DNA from: Malacoraja senta
Taxonomy: Eukaryota
NCBI GenBank assembly: GCA_038087875.1
Contig: CM075989.1
Location: 5,270,001-5,334,000, forward strand
DNA: 64,000 bases
Reading direction: 5' to 3'
Both the position numbers and the translations under genes were made by a program. The notes below the pieces were generated by a model that saw only the letters and a list, made by a program, of their open reading frames with translations, ran no database searches and was not told the DNA's origin. Shown here in pieces: positions 38,699 through 50,824 of the stretch. Position 1 is the first letter of the stretch; each line of letters starts with the position of its first letter.

Positions 38699-38812
38699 AT
38701 ATCAATGACTGTGCCTCTCAGCCTTGCAAGCACGGAGGGAAATGTGTCGACCTGGACGCGGATTACTCGTGCAATTGTCCATCTCCATACATTGGTAGAA
38801 CCTGCCAACACA
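38699..38812 (+). CDS. MFGE8: MFGE8-like exon: EGF-like domain 3 (calcium-binding type)
   Basis: ttctttcag|AT...CACA|gtgagt, 114 nt, phase 1-1. Encodes (N)INDCASQPCKHGGKCVDLDADYSCNCPSPYIGRTCQH. Confidence 0.93.
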
Positions 38813-41800
38813 GTGAGTGATCTTTACATCAGGGTGGTACAGGCTGTGGTGGATTTGCTGCCTTACAGCGCCAGAGGCCATGGTTGGATCCTGACTACTG
38901 GTGATGTACTGTATATACGGAGTTTGTACCTCACCCCGTTCCCTCCCATTTCCTCCCACGTTTCAAAGACGTGCAGGTTCGTAGGTTAATTGGTTCCTGT
39001 ACATTGTCCCTGTCGTGTAGGATATAATTAGTGTATGGGTGATTGTTGCTCAGCATGGAATCCGTGGGCCGGGGGGCCTGGTTCAAGTTCAAGTTCAAGT
39101 TCATATTTATTGTCACAAGCACCAATTTCCCGCACAGTGAAATTTGAGTTACCGTACAGCCATACGAATAAAAATAACACAATACACGATTTAATTTAAC
39201 ATGAACATCCCCACACAGCGGAATCAATGTTCCTCACTGTGATGGACGGCAATAAAGTTCAATCATCTTCCTCTTTGTTCACCCGTGGTCGGGGCGTAGA
39301 TCCTCCACAGTCGCCGCTACGGACGGCTCGATGTTCAGGCCCTCTCGCTCGGATGATCGAAACTCCGCCGTCGGAACGGAGTCCACACAGTATCTCTAAA
39401 CTGAACCAAACTGTAGATTGGAAACTTTCCTCTAGATCTCAGTGATTTTCATTCAAACCCATACAAAGGAAAAGACTAGTTGTCCATCTGCTAGCTGTTG
39501 CTTGGGACTGGGTTCCACGCCTTCGTTACTCCCACACACTTGACTATTCCAGTGGGTGCTGTCCATGGTGTTATTCGTTAACCATGAAGTCATCCAGAAC
39601 TGTTCAGCCATCCAAAGATAGACACAAAGTGCTGGAGTAACTCAGCGGGACAGGCAGCATCTCTGGAGAGAAAGGATGGGTGACATTTCGGGTCGGGACC
39701 CTTCTTCATAGAGCCATCTGTTCACTGGCTCCAGCCAAATGCAGCTTTTGGTTTTTCAATTTACCATTCTTGATTTTAAATATTTACTTGGTGCTACCCA
39801 CACTCTCTGGAGTACCCAACCCCAAGATATTTTGCCATACCAGTGGTTCCCAGACATTGAATGAAGCCCCCACTCCTTAACAATTGGTAAAATGTATGTC
39901 TAAGCCCCCACCCCACCTCACCATAGAGATCTGATGACATTACAGGCCAAGCTACAAGGAGTTATAGAGAGACACAGCAAGGAAATGGGCCCTTCGGTCG
40001 ACGGTGCTGGCTCGAAGGGCCGAATGGCCTACTCCTGCACCTATTGTCTATTGACCGAGTCTGTGCCGATCACCAACCACTCAGTGACCCCAATCCTACA
40101 AGAGGTACACAAAGTGTGAAAACGCACATCTCCAGATTCAGGGACAGTTTCTTCCCAGCTGTTATCAGGCAACTGAACCATCCTACCAGCAACTAGAGAG
40201 CGGTCCTGAGCTACTATCTACCTCATTGGACACCCTCAGACTATCTTTAACTGGACTGTACTGTACTTCATCTTGCGCTAATTGCTATCAACGTTATTCC
40301 CTTTATCATGTATCTATACACTCGATTGTAATCATGTATTGTCTGTCCACCGACTGGTTAGCGAGCAACAAAAGCTTTCCACTGTCCCTCGGTACACGTG
40401 ACAATAAACTCAACTCAACTAAATGAAACAAACTATTAAACACTCATTTTTATATTATTTTGTATGCCCACACATTGGCCAATTAACTTACGAATCCACA
40501 TTGAGATTTAATTTAGTTTAGAGATACAGCACGGAAACAGGCCCTTCGGCACATCGAGCCCGCGCCGACCAGCGATCCCCGCAAATTAACGCTATGCTTC
40601 ACACACAAGTGTCAATTTATAATTATACCAAGCCAATTAACCAACAAACCTGTACATCTTTGGAGTGTGGGAGGAAACTCGCGCGGAGCATCAGGGTGGA
40701 ACCCCGGTGGGCATAGCAACAACTTGCAAACTCCGCACGGACAGCACCTGAGGTCAGAATTGAACCCGGGTCTCGGGTTCTGAGAGGCACCCTTCACTTA
40801 ACAAAACATCCCTCCACATAATCACCAACAAGCAGTGAGGCGTCAATAAGAAACTGCTGGAGAATCAGGTCATCTAAGAAAGAACTGCAGATGCTGGAAC
40901 AATTGAAGGTGGACAAAAAATGCTGGAGAAACTCAGCGGGTGAGGCAGCATCTATGGGGAGAAGGACAGAGAAGTCTGAAGAAGGGTCTCGACCCGAAAC
41001 GTCGCCAATTCCTTCTCTCCATGGATGCTGCCTCAGCCGCTGAGTTTCTCCAGCATTTTTTGTCAACCCAGGCAGTAGTTTAGTTTAGTTTAGATAGACA
41101 CAAAAAGCTGGAATAACTCAGCGGGACTGACAGTATATCTGGAGAGAAGAAATAGGTGACTTTTCGGGTCGAGACCCTTCTTCAGATTATTAGTTTCAAA
41201 CGTGTTCAGTTTAGTTTAGTTTAACTGAGAGATACAGTGCGGAAACAGGCCCTTCGGCCCACCGAGTCTGTTTTGACCAGAGATTCCCGCACATTAACAC
41301 CATCCTACACACACACTAGGGACAATTTACAATTAAACCAAGCCATTTACCCTACAAATCAGTTCGTCTTTGGAGTGTGGGAGGAAACCGCAGATCCCAG
41401 AGAAAGCCCACGCAGGTCACGGGGAGAACGTACAAACAGTGGAGGGTAATGGGCAGTCGGCATTTCAGGTCGGGACCCTTCATCTGGTGTCATCGGGGGT
41501 GTCGACAAAGAATGACTAAAAGGATAAAGGTTTATGGAGGTTCTTAAATGTAAGTGGGATATAAGTAGAAGTGGCTGGAGTTCTCCTTGCACCTTACCCT
41601 CCTGGAATTGATTAGTTGAGGAGTTTGATTCAAGGAATCTGCCCTGCTATTGAGGTGTGGGTTTACAGAGACAATGAGTTGTTGACTTTGCAAGTGATTG
41701 GAATGTGGCAGAACCAGAGCACAGGGCTCACAATCAATGTGCTTGCTCCGTGAAGCAGACTCGCTGTCAGCCATGGGTTTGTTTTTCCTTTCAGTCTGCC

Positions 41801-43633
41801 AAATCGCATTAAAAGTCAGCTCGTTTTCAGATTAAAGGCGACGGTTCTTTTGGAAATATGCCTTGGAAACAGGCCCTTCGGCCCATCGATTACATGCTGA
41901 TCTCTTCCCCCCTCTGCCATCGGGCCAAAAGTTATTGACATGTGAAAACGCACACCTCCAGATTCAGGGACAGTTTCTTCCCAGCTGATGGGGGGGGGGG
42001 GGATTTGTAACTTTGTAAGCCCCTTTATGGGCGACTATTCGCATACCTTGGCACATGTGACAATAAAGTATCCACTTCAATTCAATTCCAATCAGGTAAC
42101 TGAACCATCCTACTTCAACCAGAGAGCAGCCCTGATCTACTATCCAGCTCATTGGTAACCATCGGACTATCTTTGATCGGACATTACAAAGGACAATGGA
42201 CATTTATTGTCACATACACCAATTGGTGCAGTGAAATTTGAGTTACCATGCAGCACACAAATAAAATAAACACAACATTATAGAATTTAACATGAAACAT
42301 AAAAAAAAAAAACCACAGCGGGATCAACGTTTCCCAATGTGAGGGAAGGCAGCAATGTTCAGTCCACTTCCTCGATGTTCACCCGTGGTCGGGGCCTATT
42401 GAGGCCTTCGCAGTCGCTGCTACGGCGGCCCGATGTTTCAGGCCCTCTCGCCAGGATGATGGAACTGCTGCTTCCTACCGGAGACCGCGACTCCCGAAGT
42501 CCACAGGCCACACTGGGTGGAGCTCCAACACTGGCGACCTCGGCGAGAGATCCCAGGATTTACCTTGCACTAAACGTTATTCCCTTCTCACGTATCTGTA
42601 CACTGTGAATGGCTCGTTTGTAATCATGTATTGTCTGTCTGCTGACTGCTTAGCACGCAACAAAAGCTTTTTATTGTACCTCGGTACACGTGACATTAAA
42701 CTAAACTGACCAACAATCACCGGTAAACATTAGTTCTATGTTGTCTCATTTTCTCAACCAATCCCTACACACGAGAAGCAATTTACAGACGTCAATTAAC
42801 CCACAAATCTGCACGTCTTTGGGATATGGTAAGAAATGGTGTGGAACACCCGGAGGAAACCCACACGGTCACAGGGAGAACGTGCAAACTCCACACAGAC
42901 AACACCCCAGGTTGAAATCGAGCCAGGGTCTCTGGTGCTGCGAGGCAGCGGCACTACCCGCTGAGCCACTGTGCCGCTCATGGGCGTTGAGGTGCCTCTC
43001 GAGACCACCGAGATTTAGAGGCAAAGAACCCATGAATGTTGCATTTGAAAGTTAGAATGTAGATAAAGGTTTTGGGCGGCATGATGGCACAGCGGTAGAG
43101 TTGCAGCCTTACAGCGCCAGAGATCCGGATTCGATCCCGACTGTGGGTGCTGTCTGTATGGAGTTTTGAACGTTCTCCCCATGGCCCGCGTGGGTTTTCT
43201 CCGTGATCTCCGGTTTCCTTCCAAACTCTAAAGAAGTACAGGTTTGTATGTAAAATTGGCTTGGTATAATTGTAACTTGTCCCTAGTGTGTGTAGGATGG
43301 TGTAAGTCTGTGGGGATCGCTGGTCGGCACGGTCCCGGTAGGCCGAAAGGCCTGTTTCCGCGCTGTATCTCTAAAGTCTGAACTCTAAAGAAAACTCATC
43401 GCACTGCCTCCCAATTCACTTCTTTCTGTAGAACCTCAGAGAGGGTTATGCGGAGAAGGCAGGAGAATGGGGTCGAGAAGGAAAGATACATCAGCCATGG
43501 TTGAACGGCGGAGTGGACTCGATGGGCCGAATGGCCTAATTCGGCTCCTGTGATTTATGAACTGATGAACCTTCACCAGTATTTGTCGGCGGGTCTCGGT
43601 CGAGATTGTTAACCTCTTCCTTTCTGGTTCCAG

Positions 43634-43815
43634 CGTGTGCGTCTGCACTGGGGATGGAGGGAGGAGCGATTGAAGACCATCAGATCTCCGCGTCGTCCAT
43701 GCACCTGGGATTCCTGGGCCTAAAACGCTGGCGAGCAGAGCTAGCACGACTCAACAACAAGGGAATTGTCAACGCCTGGAGCATGGCCACCTTTGACCTT
43801 AACCCCTGGTTTCAG
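43634..43815 (+). CDS. MFGE8: MFGE8-like exon: F5/8 type C (discoidin) domain 1, first part
   Basis: ttccag|CG...TTTCAG|gtact, 182 nt, phase 1-0. Encodes (T)CASALGMEGGAIEDHQISASSMHLGFLGLKRWRAELARLNNKGIVNAWSMATFDLNPWFQ. GFLGL..W..ELARL matches MFGE8 rather than EDIL3 (LFGLQKWYPYYARL). Confidence 0.93.
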
Positions 43816-44296
43816 GTACTGAGAACCCGTCTGAAGACCCAAAACGTTGCCTGTCCATTCCCTCCATTAATGCTCCCTGACCCGCTGAGTTCCTCCGGCA
43901 CTTTGCGTCCCACGCACGATTCAGCATCTGCAGTTCCTTGTGACTCCATCTGTACTTTCCTTTGATCAAGGTCCCAGCTCCTGCAGCCAGAAACATGGTG
44001 ACTCTTGTTGTGTAAGAAGGAACTGCAGATGCTGCTTTAAATTGAAGGTAGACACAAAATGCTAGAGTAACTCAGCGGGTGAGGCAGCATCTCTGGAGAG
44101 AAGGAATGGGCGACGTTTCCGGTCGAGACTGACGTCAGACTGAAGACCCGAAACGTCGCCCATTCCTTCTCTCCAGAGATGCTGCCTCACCCGCTGAGTT
44201 ACTCCAGCATTTTGTGACTCTTTTTGTACTGCCTGGCCCTAGGTTTGATTTTACCAGATTGTATGCAAAAACAAACAATTTCACTGTACCTAGGTA

Positions 44297-44602
44297 CATA
44301 TAACCATATAACCATATAACAATTACAGCACGGAAACAGGCCATCTCGACCCTTCTAGTCCATGCCGAACACGTATTCTCCCCTAGTCCCATATACCTGC
44401 GCTCAGACCATAACCCTCCATTCCTTTCCCGTCCATATAACTATCTAATTTATTTTTAAATGATAAAAACGAACCTGCCTCCACCACCTTCACTGGAAGC
44501 TCATTCCACACAGCCACCACTCTCTGAGTAAAGAAGTTCCCCCTCATGTTACCCCTAAACTTCTGTCCCTTAATTCTCAAGTCATGTCCCCTTGTTTGAA
44601 TC
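44297..44602 (-). mobile_element. CR1-type LINE 3' end, (GGTTATAT)n-tail subfamily
   Basis: RIKGQKFRGNMRGNFFTQRVVAVWNELP...; same subfamily as 47580-48531. Confidence 0.85.
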
Positions 44603-47579
44603 TGACAACGAAGTATCCTTGATCATTGATCTCTCACTGATATATTTAAACTAAACTAAACTGAACTAAACTGAACTGAACAATCGGCCTGAAGAAGGGT
44701 CGCAACCCGATACGTGACGTATCCATGCTCTCTAGAGATGCTGCCTGGCCCGCTGTGTTACTCCAGCACTCTGTGTCCTTTTAGCACGTTGTTGTCAATG
44801 TTCACTCAAACTTGCTTTGAAGAGTTCCCTGTGTGTGAGATTTTATCTGGGGCAGTGCTCACCTGTTCTACGTTAATGGTACCTGCACTACCTGGCCCTT
44901 TATCACAGTCACTGGCCCATGCGAATACCTGGTCGCAGTTCGTCCCTGCTTGTAAACTGCCTTTGAAATGTTTCACCAAAGGGCTAGGGCTGCTCATTGT
45001 TAGGATGGAATGAATTTCACACCGGTTTAAAACCCTTGTGTGATACTCGATCCACTTGAAGTCCATCAGTTAAAGTCACGTTCAAGCTGCAGAATGAAGA
45101 AGGGTCTCGACCAGAAATGTCACCCATTCCTTCTCTCCAGAGATCCTGCCTGTTCCGTTGAGTTACTCCGGCATTTTGTGTCTATCTTCTTGGGCATTAA
45201 CTTTGCTGTTCTTCAGCCTGTTAAGAATAGGCATTTTCCCATTTTCCTACACACAGTATCTTTCAAAGAATTGAATGCGAATTAAGCCCATGTGCCCTGA
45301 TCTCCCACCCACACTCGCTCCCTGCTGGTGTGGGCAGTAGTGGACAGCTTTACCACTCAGTCTGCCAAGTCTCGTCTATAAATCAAGAAATTCCTTGTGG
45401 GCAGGTTAAACACTGTAGTTATTAAACTGTCAAACTCTAACCTGGCCTATTGAGCAGGTGTACCCTGCTCCAAAGACCAAATGCAGTGTGGTCAATAACA
45501 TATCTGAAGAAGGGTCCCGACCCGGAACGCCATGTATCCATGTTCTCATAAGTTCATCAGCCACAGGAGGAGAATTATGCCTTTTGGCCCATCGAGCCTA
45601 TTCTACCCTTCAATCATGACAGATCTAGCTTTCCCTCTAAACTCCCTGCTCCTGCGTTCTCCCCATGCCCCTTATTAGTCAAGAACCTGTCAAAACACCC
45701 AATGACTTGGCCTCCACAACCGTCTTTGGCAATGAATTCCCCAGTGATGCTGTCTGATCCGCTGAGTTCCTCCAGCGCATTATGTTTTTTTAATTGTAAA
45801 CCAGCATCTGCAGTTCCTTGCGTGTAACCATATCCCACAAGTTTTCAGCTGAGATCAGCTTCATGGTCTGGAATCTGTGTGCATCTGTGTGGAAGGTAGA
45901 CAAAAGGAAATAGGCAACGTTTCTGGCCGAAACCCAAAGGGTTTCGGCCCGAAACGTTGCCTATTTCCTTCGCTCCATCGATGCTGCTGCACCCGCTGAG
46001 TTTCTCCAGCACTTTTGTCCACCTTCGATTTTCCAGCATCTGCAGTTCCTTCTTAAACATTTTGTCTACTGGGTCTGTGTGGATGTGTGGGGATGTTCAC
46101 TGCAAGGAGCAGCCAGCCACAGTTCTTTCACTTTGCTCGTCAGAGGAGAGAGGGGGAAGATATACTTTTGAGACGTATCCAAAAATCTGCTGAGGCTCTT
46201 TCTCGATTGCAATGTTCAGTAACCGCTGAGGCAGCATCAGCATTTGTACATATATCCCCTTACCATTAAAAACACGCAACTGCAGATCCTGGTTTATAAA
46301 AGAGGACACCAAGCAACTGGAGTAACAGCAGGTCAGGGAACATCTTGGACAATACAGCTCACCCCCCTCCATGACACACTGGTCAAGCTGAGGAGTACCT
46401 TCAGCAAAAGACTGGTCCCACCAAGATGCAGCACAGGACGCCACAGAAGATCCTTCTTCCTTGTGGCTATCAATAGACAATAGACAATAGACAATAGGTG
46501 CAAGAGCAGGCCATTTGGCCCTTCGAGCCAGCACCGCCATTCAATGTGATCATGGCTGATCATCCCCAATCAGTGCCCCGTTCCTGCCTTCTCCCCATAT
46601 CCCCTGACTCTGCTATTTTTAAGAACCCTATCTAGCTCTCTCTTGAAAGCTATCAAACTGTACAACTCCTCCCCCTTCTGTCGTGGGGTAGACTGAGACT
46701 GACTTCCCTCCCCAATCTTTTCACGTCCCCAATCCTTTCCACTCGTCACTTTAATTTCATGTTTTATGTATCTTGTGTTTTATGACTGTTGGCAGATCAA
46801 TTTCCCTCCTGGGATAAATAAAGTTCTATTGTATCGTATCGCATCTTTGCAGACCATGGATAGGTGATGTTTCGGCTCGGGATCCTTCTTCAGAGTTTGG
46901 CGTCTGAAGAAAGGTCCTTACTCGAAATGTCATCTATCTACGTTCTCCAGAGATGCTGCCGGACCTGCTGAGTTACTCCAACACTTTGGGTCTTTTTTTT
47001 TCTCCTTACCTTTGTTCTGAATTTTTAATCTGAACTATTACCAAAGTCTCCACTCTGACAGGAGGTGCTAGGTGAGCTAATCTCCCACTAGTGTTTTATG
47101 GTAGACAAAAATGCTGGAGAAGCTCAGCGGGTGAGGCAGCATCTATGGAACGAAGGAATAGATGACGTTTCAGGTCAAGACCCTTCTTCAGAAGAATAGA
47201 TGACGTTTCAGGTCGAGACCCTTCTTCAGAAGAAGGGTCTCGACCCGAAACGTCACCTATTCCTTCGCTCCATAGATGCTGCCTCACCCGCTGAGTTTCT
47301 CCAGCATTTTTGTCTACCTTCGATTTTTCCAGCATCTGCAGTTCTTTCTTAAACAAGAGTGTTTTATAGTCGTATGTCCCAGATAGAACAATGAATTTCT
47401 AACTTGCAGCAGCACAGCAGAATAATCTGAAGAAGGGTCTCAACCCGAAACGTCACCCGTTCCTTCTCTCCAGAGATTCTGCCTGTCCTGCTGAGTTACT
47501 CCAGCATTTTGTGTCTATCTTCAATTTAAACCAGCATCTGAAGTTCCTTCCTAAACAGAATATGTAAACATAGTACACA

Positions 47580-48531
47580 GTATGCAGATGATACTAAGAT
47601 GGGTGGTGTGGTGGATAATGAAGTAGATTTTCAAAGTCTACAGAGATTTAGGCCATTTGGAAGAGTGGGCTGAAAGATGGCAGATGGAGTTTAATGCTGA
47701 TAAATGTGAGGTGCTACATCGTGGCAGGACAAATCAAAATAGGACGTACATGGTAAATGGTAGAGAATTGAGGAATGCAGTTGAACAGAGGGATCTAGGA
47801 ATAACTGTGCATAGTTCCCTGAAGGTGGAATCGCATGTAGATATGGTGGTAAAGAAAGCTTTTGGGGTGCTGGCCTTTATAAATCAGAGCATTGAATATA
47901 GAAGTTGGGATGTAATGTTAAAATTGTACAAGGTATTGGTGAGGCCAATTCTGGAGTATGGAGTACAATTTTGGTCGCCTAATTATAGGAAGGATGTCAA
48001 CAAAATAGAGAGAGTACAGAGGAGATTTACTGGAATGTTGCCTGGGTTTCAGCAGCTAAGTTACAGAGAAAGGTTGAACAAGTTAGGTCTTTATTCTTTG
48101 GAGCGCAGAAGGTTAAGAGGGGACTTGATAGAGGTCTTTAAAATTATGAGCGGGTTAGACAGAGTTGACGGGGATAAGCTTTTTCCATTGAGAGTAGGGA
48201 AGATTCAAACAAGGGTACATGACTTGAGAATTAAGGGACAGAAGTTTAGGGGTAACATTAGGGGGAACTTCTTTACTCAGAGAGTGGTAGCTGTGTGGAA
48301 TGAGCTTCCAGTGGAAGTGGTGGAGGCTGGTTCGATTTTATCCTTTAAAAATAGATTGGATGGGTATATGGACGGGAAAGGAATGGAGGGTTATGGTCTG
48401 AGTGCAGGTAGATGGGACTAGGGGGAAGTATTTATTTAAAAAAAATAAAAAAAATAAAAAAATGTTCGGCATGGACTTGAAGGGCCGAGATGGCCTGTTT
48501 CCGTGCTGTAATGGTTATATGGTTATATGGT
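47580..48531 (+). mobile_element. CR1-type LINE, 5'-truncated
   Basis: Starts at the YADDTK RT motif. 254-aa ORF 47657-48421 (WQMEFNADKC...VRPILEYGVQFWSP...FFTQRVVAVWNELP); (GGTTATAT)n tail. Confidence 0.92.
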
Positions 48532-48721
48532 AGTAAACAATATAATAAACAAGAAAAAAAAACTGGGATGGAAAGAAGTTATAACTTAAAATGTCAAATT
48601 GCTACATAATGCAAAAAAAAATTGGAATTACTTTTTAATTACAATGACAATTTAATTGCAGGTTATGAAGGAGTCTGTTGCCTCATTCTCACAGAAGGTT
48701 CTTTTTATTGTTAATTTCCAG

Positions 48722-48877
48722 GTCAATCTGTTAAGAAAGATGCGGATCACCGGCATCATAACACAGGGAGCCTTGGCTATGGGGGCTCCGGAATATGTCA
48801 AAGTCTTCAAAGTTGCTTACAGTTCTGATGGAGTCAACTTCACCGTTTTCAAAGACAGTGAGAAAAACAAAGATAAG
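48722..48877 (+). CDS. MFGE8: MFGE8-like exon: discoidin domain 1, second part
   Basis: tttccag|GTC...GATAAG|gtaaca, 156 nt, phase 0-0. Encodes VNLLRKMRITGIITQGALAMGAPEYVKVFKVAYSSDGVNFTVFKDSEKNKDK. Confidence 0.93.
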
Positions 48878-49047
48878 GTAACATTGAAATGACCGTGACG
48901 GACAACTGGTGAAGAAACTTTCTCGACATGAGAAAAGCTTTCCCGAATTTACTCCACACTTGGAGTATTGTTCAGTTTAATTTAGTTTATTGTCACATGT
49001 ACCAACCGAGTGTTGTGTTTTGACTGTTGTAAATAACTGAAGCCTAA

Positions 49048-49352
49048 AGCCCTTGTCCCACTTTCCCGAGTTACGAATTTTCCAGAGTTTTCCCCTTGAT
49101 TCAAACTCGGAGAATTACGGTAATAGCCGGCCGTAGGTACTCGGGGCTATTTTTTTGTACTCGTGGACATTTTTCAACATGCTGAAAAAACGTCCCGACT
49201 TACCTGATGCCCCGAGTTCCTACGGCTGGCATTACGAGCCGCTACGAAATATCCACGGCCTCCTGCGGAATCCTACGGACATTCTCCGAGATTGAATCAT
49301 GGGGAAAACTCGGGAGAATTCGTGAGTAACTCGGGAAAGTGGAACAGGGCCG
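49048..49352. mobile_element. PIF/Harbinger-type MITE (degenerate TIR ends)
   Basis: TGTCCCACTTTCCCGAGTTAC...GTAACTCGGGAAAGTGGAACA inverted ends; flanks TAA/TTA. Confidence 0.7.
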
Positions 49353-50713
49353 TTACACTATGATAAAGGTCCAAAGACTTTATTAACAACATAGCAAATA
49401 TGACTTCATACTTGCACGTCTCTTTAACTCTAAGGGAACCAGGCAGGGTGGGTTACTGTGAAGCTAGTGGGCGTAACTACAAAAGCATGACTCATAACAG
49501 GAGTGACATAGATCTACACTGAGGTACAATGGAAAGCTTTTGTTGCATGCTAACCAGTCAGTAGAAAGACAATGCATGATTACAATCGAGCCTTTTACAG
49601 TGTATAGGTACGTGATAAGGGAATAACGTTTAGTGCAAGGTAAAGCCAGCAAAGTCCGATCAAAGATAGTCCGAGGGTCACCAATGAGGTAGATAGTATT
49701 CAGCACTGCTCTCTGGTTGTGTATAGTTCTGGTCCCATACAATAGGAAGACCATGGTAGCACAAGAGAGAAGGCAGAAGAGATTCACCACAGCATTGCCA
49801 GGAATGGAGGGCTGTGGTTATGAGGAAAGATTGGACGAACCAGGTTGATCCTTAATCAAACTTCAAAGGCTGAAGGGTGACCATGTAGAGATTTCTAAAC
49901 TTATGAGGGACACAGACAGGAAAGGTCGAATCTTTTTTCCCAGGGCAGGGGAATCTAGAACTAGAGGGCCCAGGTTTAAGGTGAGAAGGGCGGCACAGTG
50001 ACGCAGCGGTAGAGTTGCTGCCTTACAGCACCACAGACCCGGATTCGATCCTGGCTATGGATGCTGTCTGTACAGAGTTTGCACGTTCTCCCCGTGACCT
50101 GCGTGGGTTTGCTCCCACACTCCAAAGACGTGCAGGTTTATAGGTCAATTGGCTTCTGTAAATTGTCCCTATTGTGTAGGATAGTGATAGTGTACGGGGT
50201 GATTGCTGGTTGGTGTGGACTCGGTGGGCTAAAGGTCCTGTTTCTGTTGTATTTTTGAAGTGTAAAGAGAACTTTAAAAAAACATTGGAGGGGCAATTTG
50301 CATGTGGTCTGTACCCCTCTAATCTCTATCTATTTATGCATCTGTCTAAATGCCTTTAAAACATTGTTATTGTATCTGTTTCTACCATTTCCCAAGGAGT
50401 GCATTCCAGGTACCTACCATTCCCTGTATAAAAAAATACTTGACTTACCAATTCTCCTTGACTCTTTCCCCCTTCTCACCTTAAACCTACATCTTCAATA
50501 TTTGACACTTCCACCATGGGTTAACTGATTCCAACCATCTAACTAACCTATCTATGCCACCCATATTTTAATACACTTCCATTAGGTCAACCCTTAGACT
50601 CGGAAGTGCCAGAGAAAAGATTCCAGTTTTGTCCAACCTCACCTTTTAGTTGAGAAACTCAAATCCAGGTGAACCTCGTGCACCTTCTTCTAAGACTCGT
50701 CATCCTTCCAGAG

Positions 50714-50824
50714 CTTTATGGCTCCAAATGCATTGTAAAGCATTATGAACCATCCTAAAGCATTATGGCTCCAAATGCATTGTAAAGCATTATGAACCAT
50801 CATAAAGCATTATGACTCCAAATC
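50714..50824. repeat. 47-bp tandem repeat, ~2.3 copies
   Basis: Unit CATTATGGCTCCAAATGCATTGTAAAGCATTATGAACCATC(C/A)TAAAG at 50714-50760 and 50761-50807, plus a partial third copy. Confidence 0.85.

Noticed and set aside
47101..47355. Regularly recurring ~28-bp palindromic motif as a CRISPR-like array
   Set aside because: No unique spacers of constant length, no cas genes, eukaryotic context. These are Penelope-derived repeats.
9450..48877. Calling the + strand gene EDIL3 because it has three EGF domains
   Set aside because: Discoidin residues (GFLGL, ELARL, VNLLRKM, FKVAYS) and the adjacent aggrecan-type lectican fit MFGE8 better; formal phylogeny is still needed.
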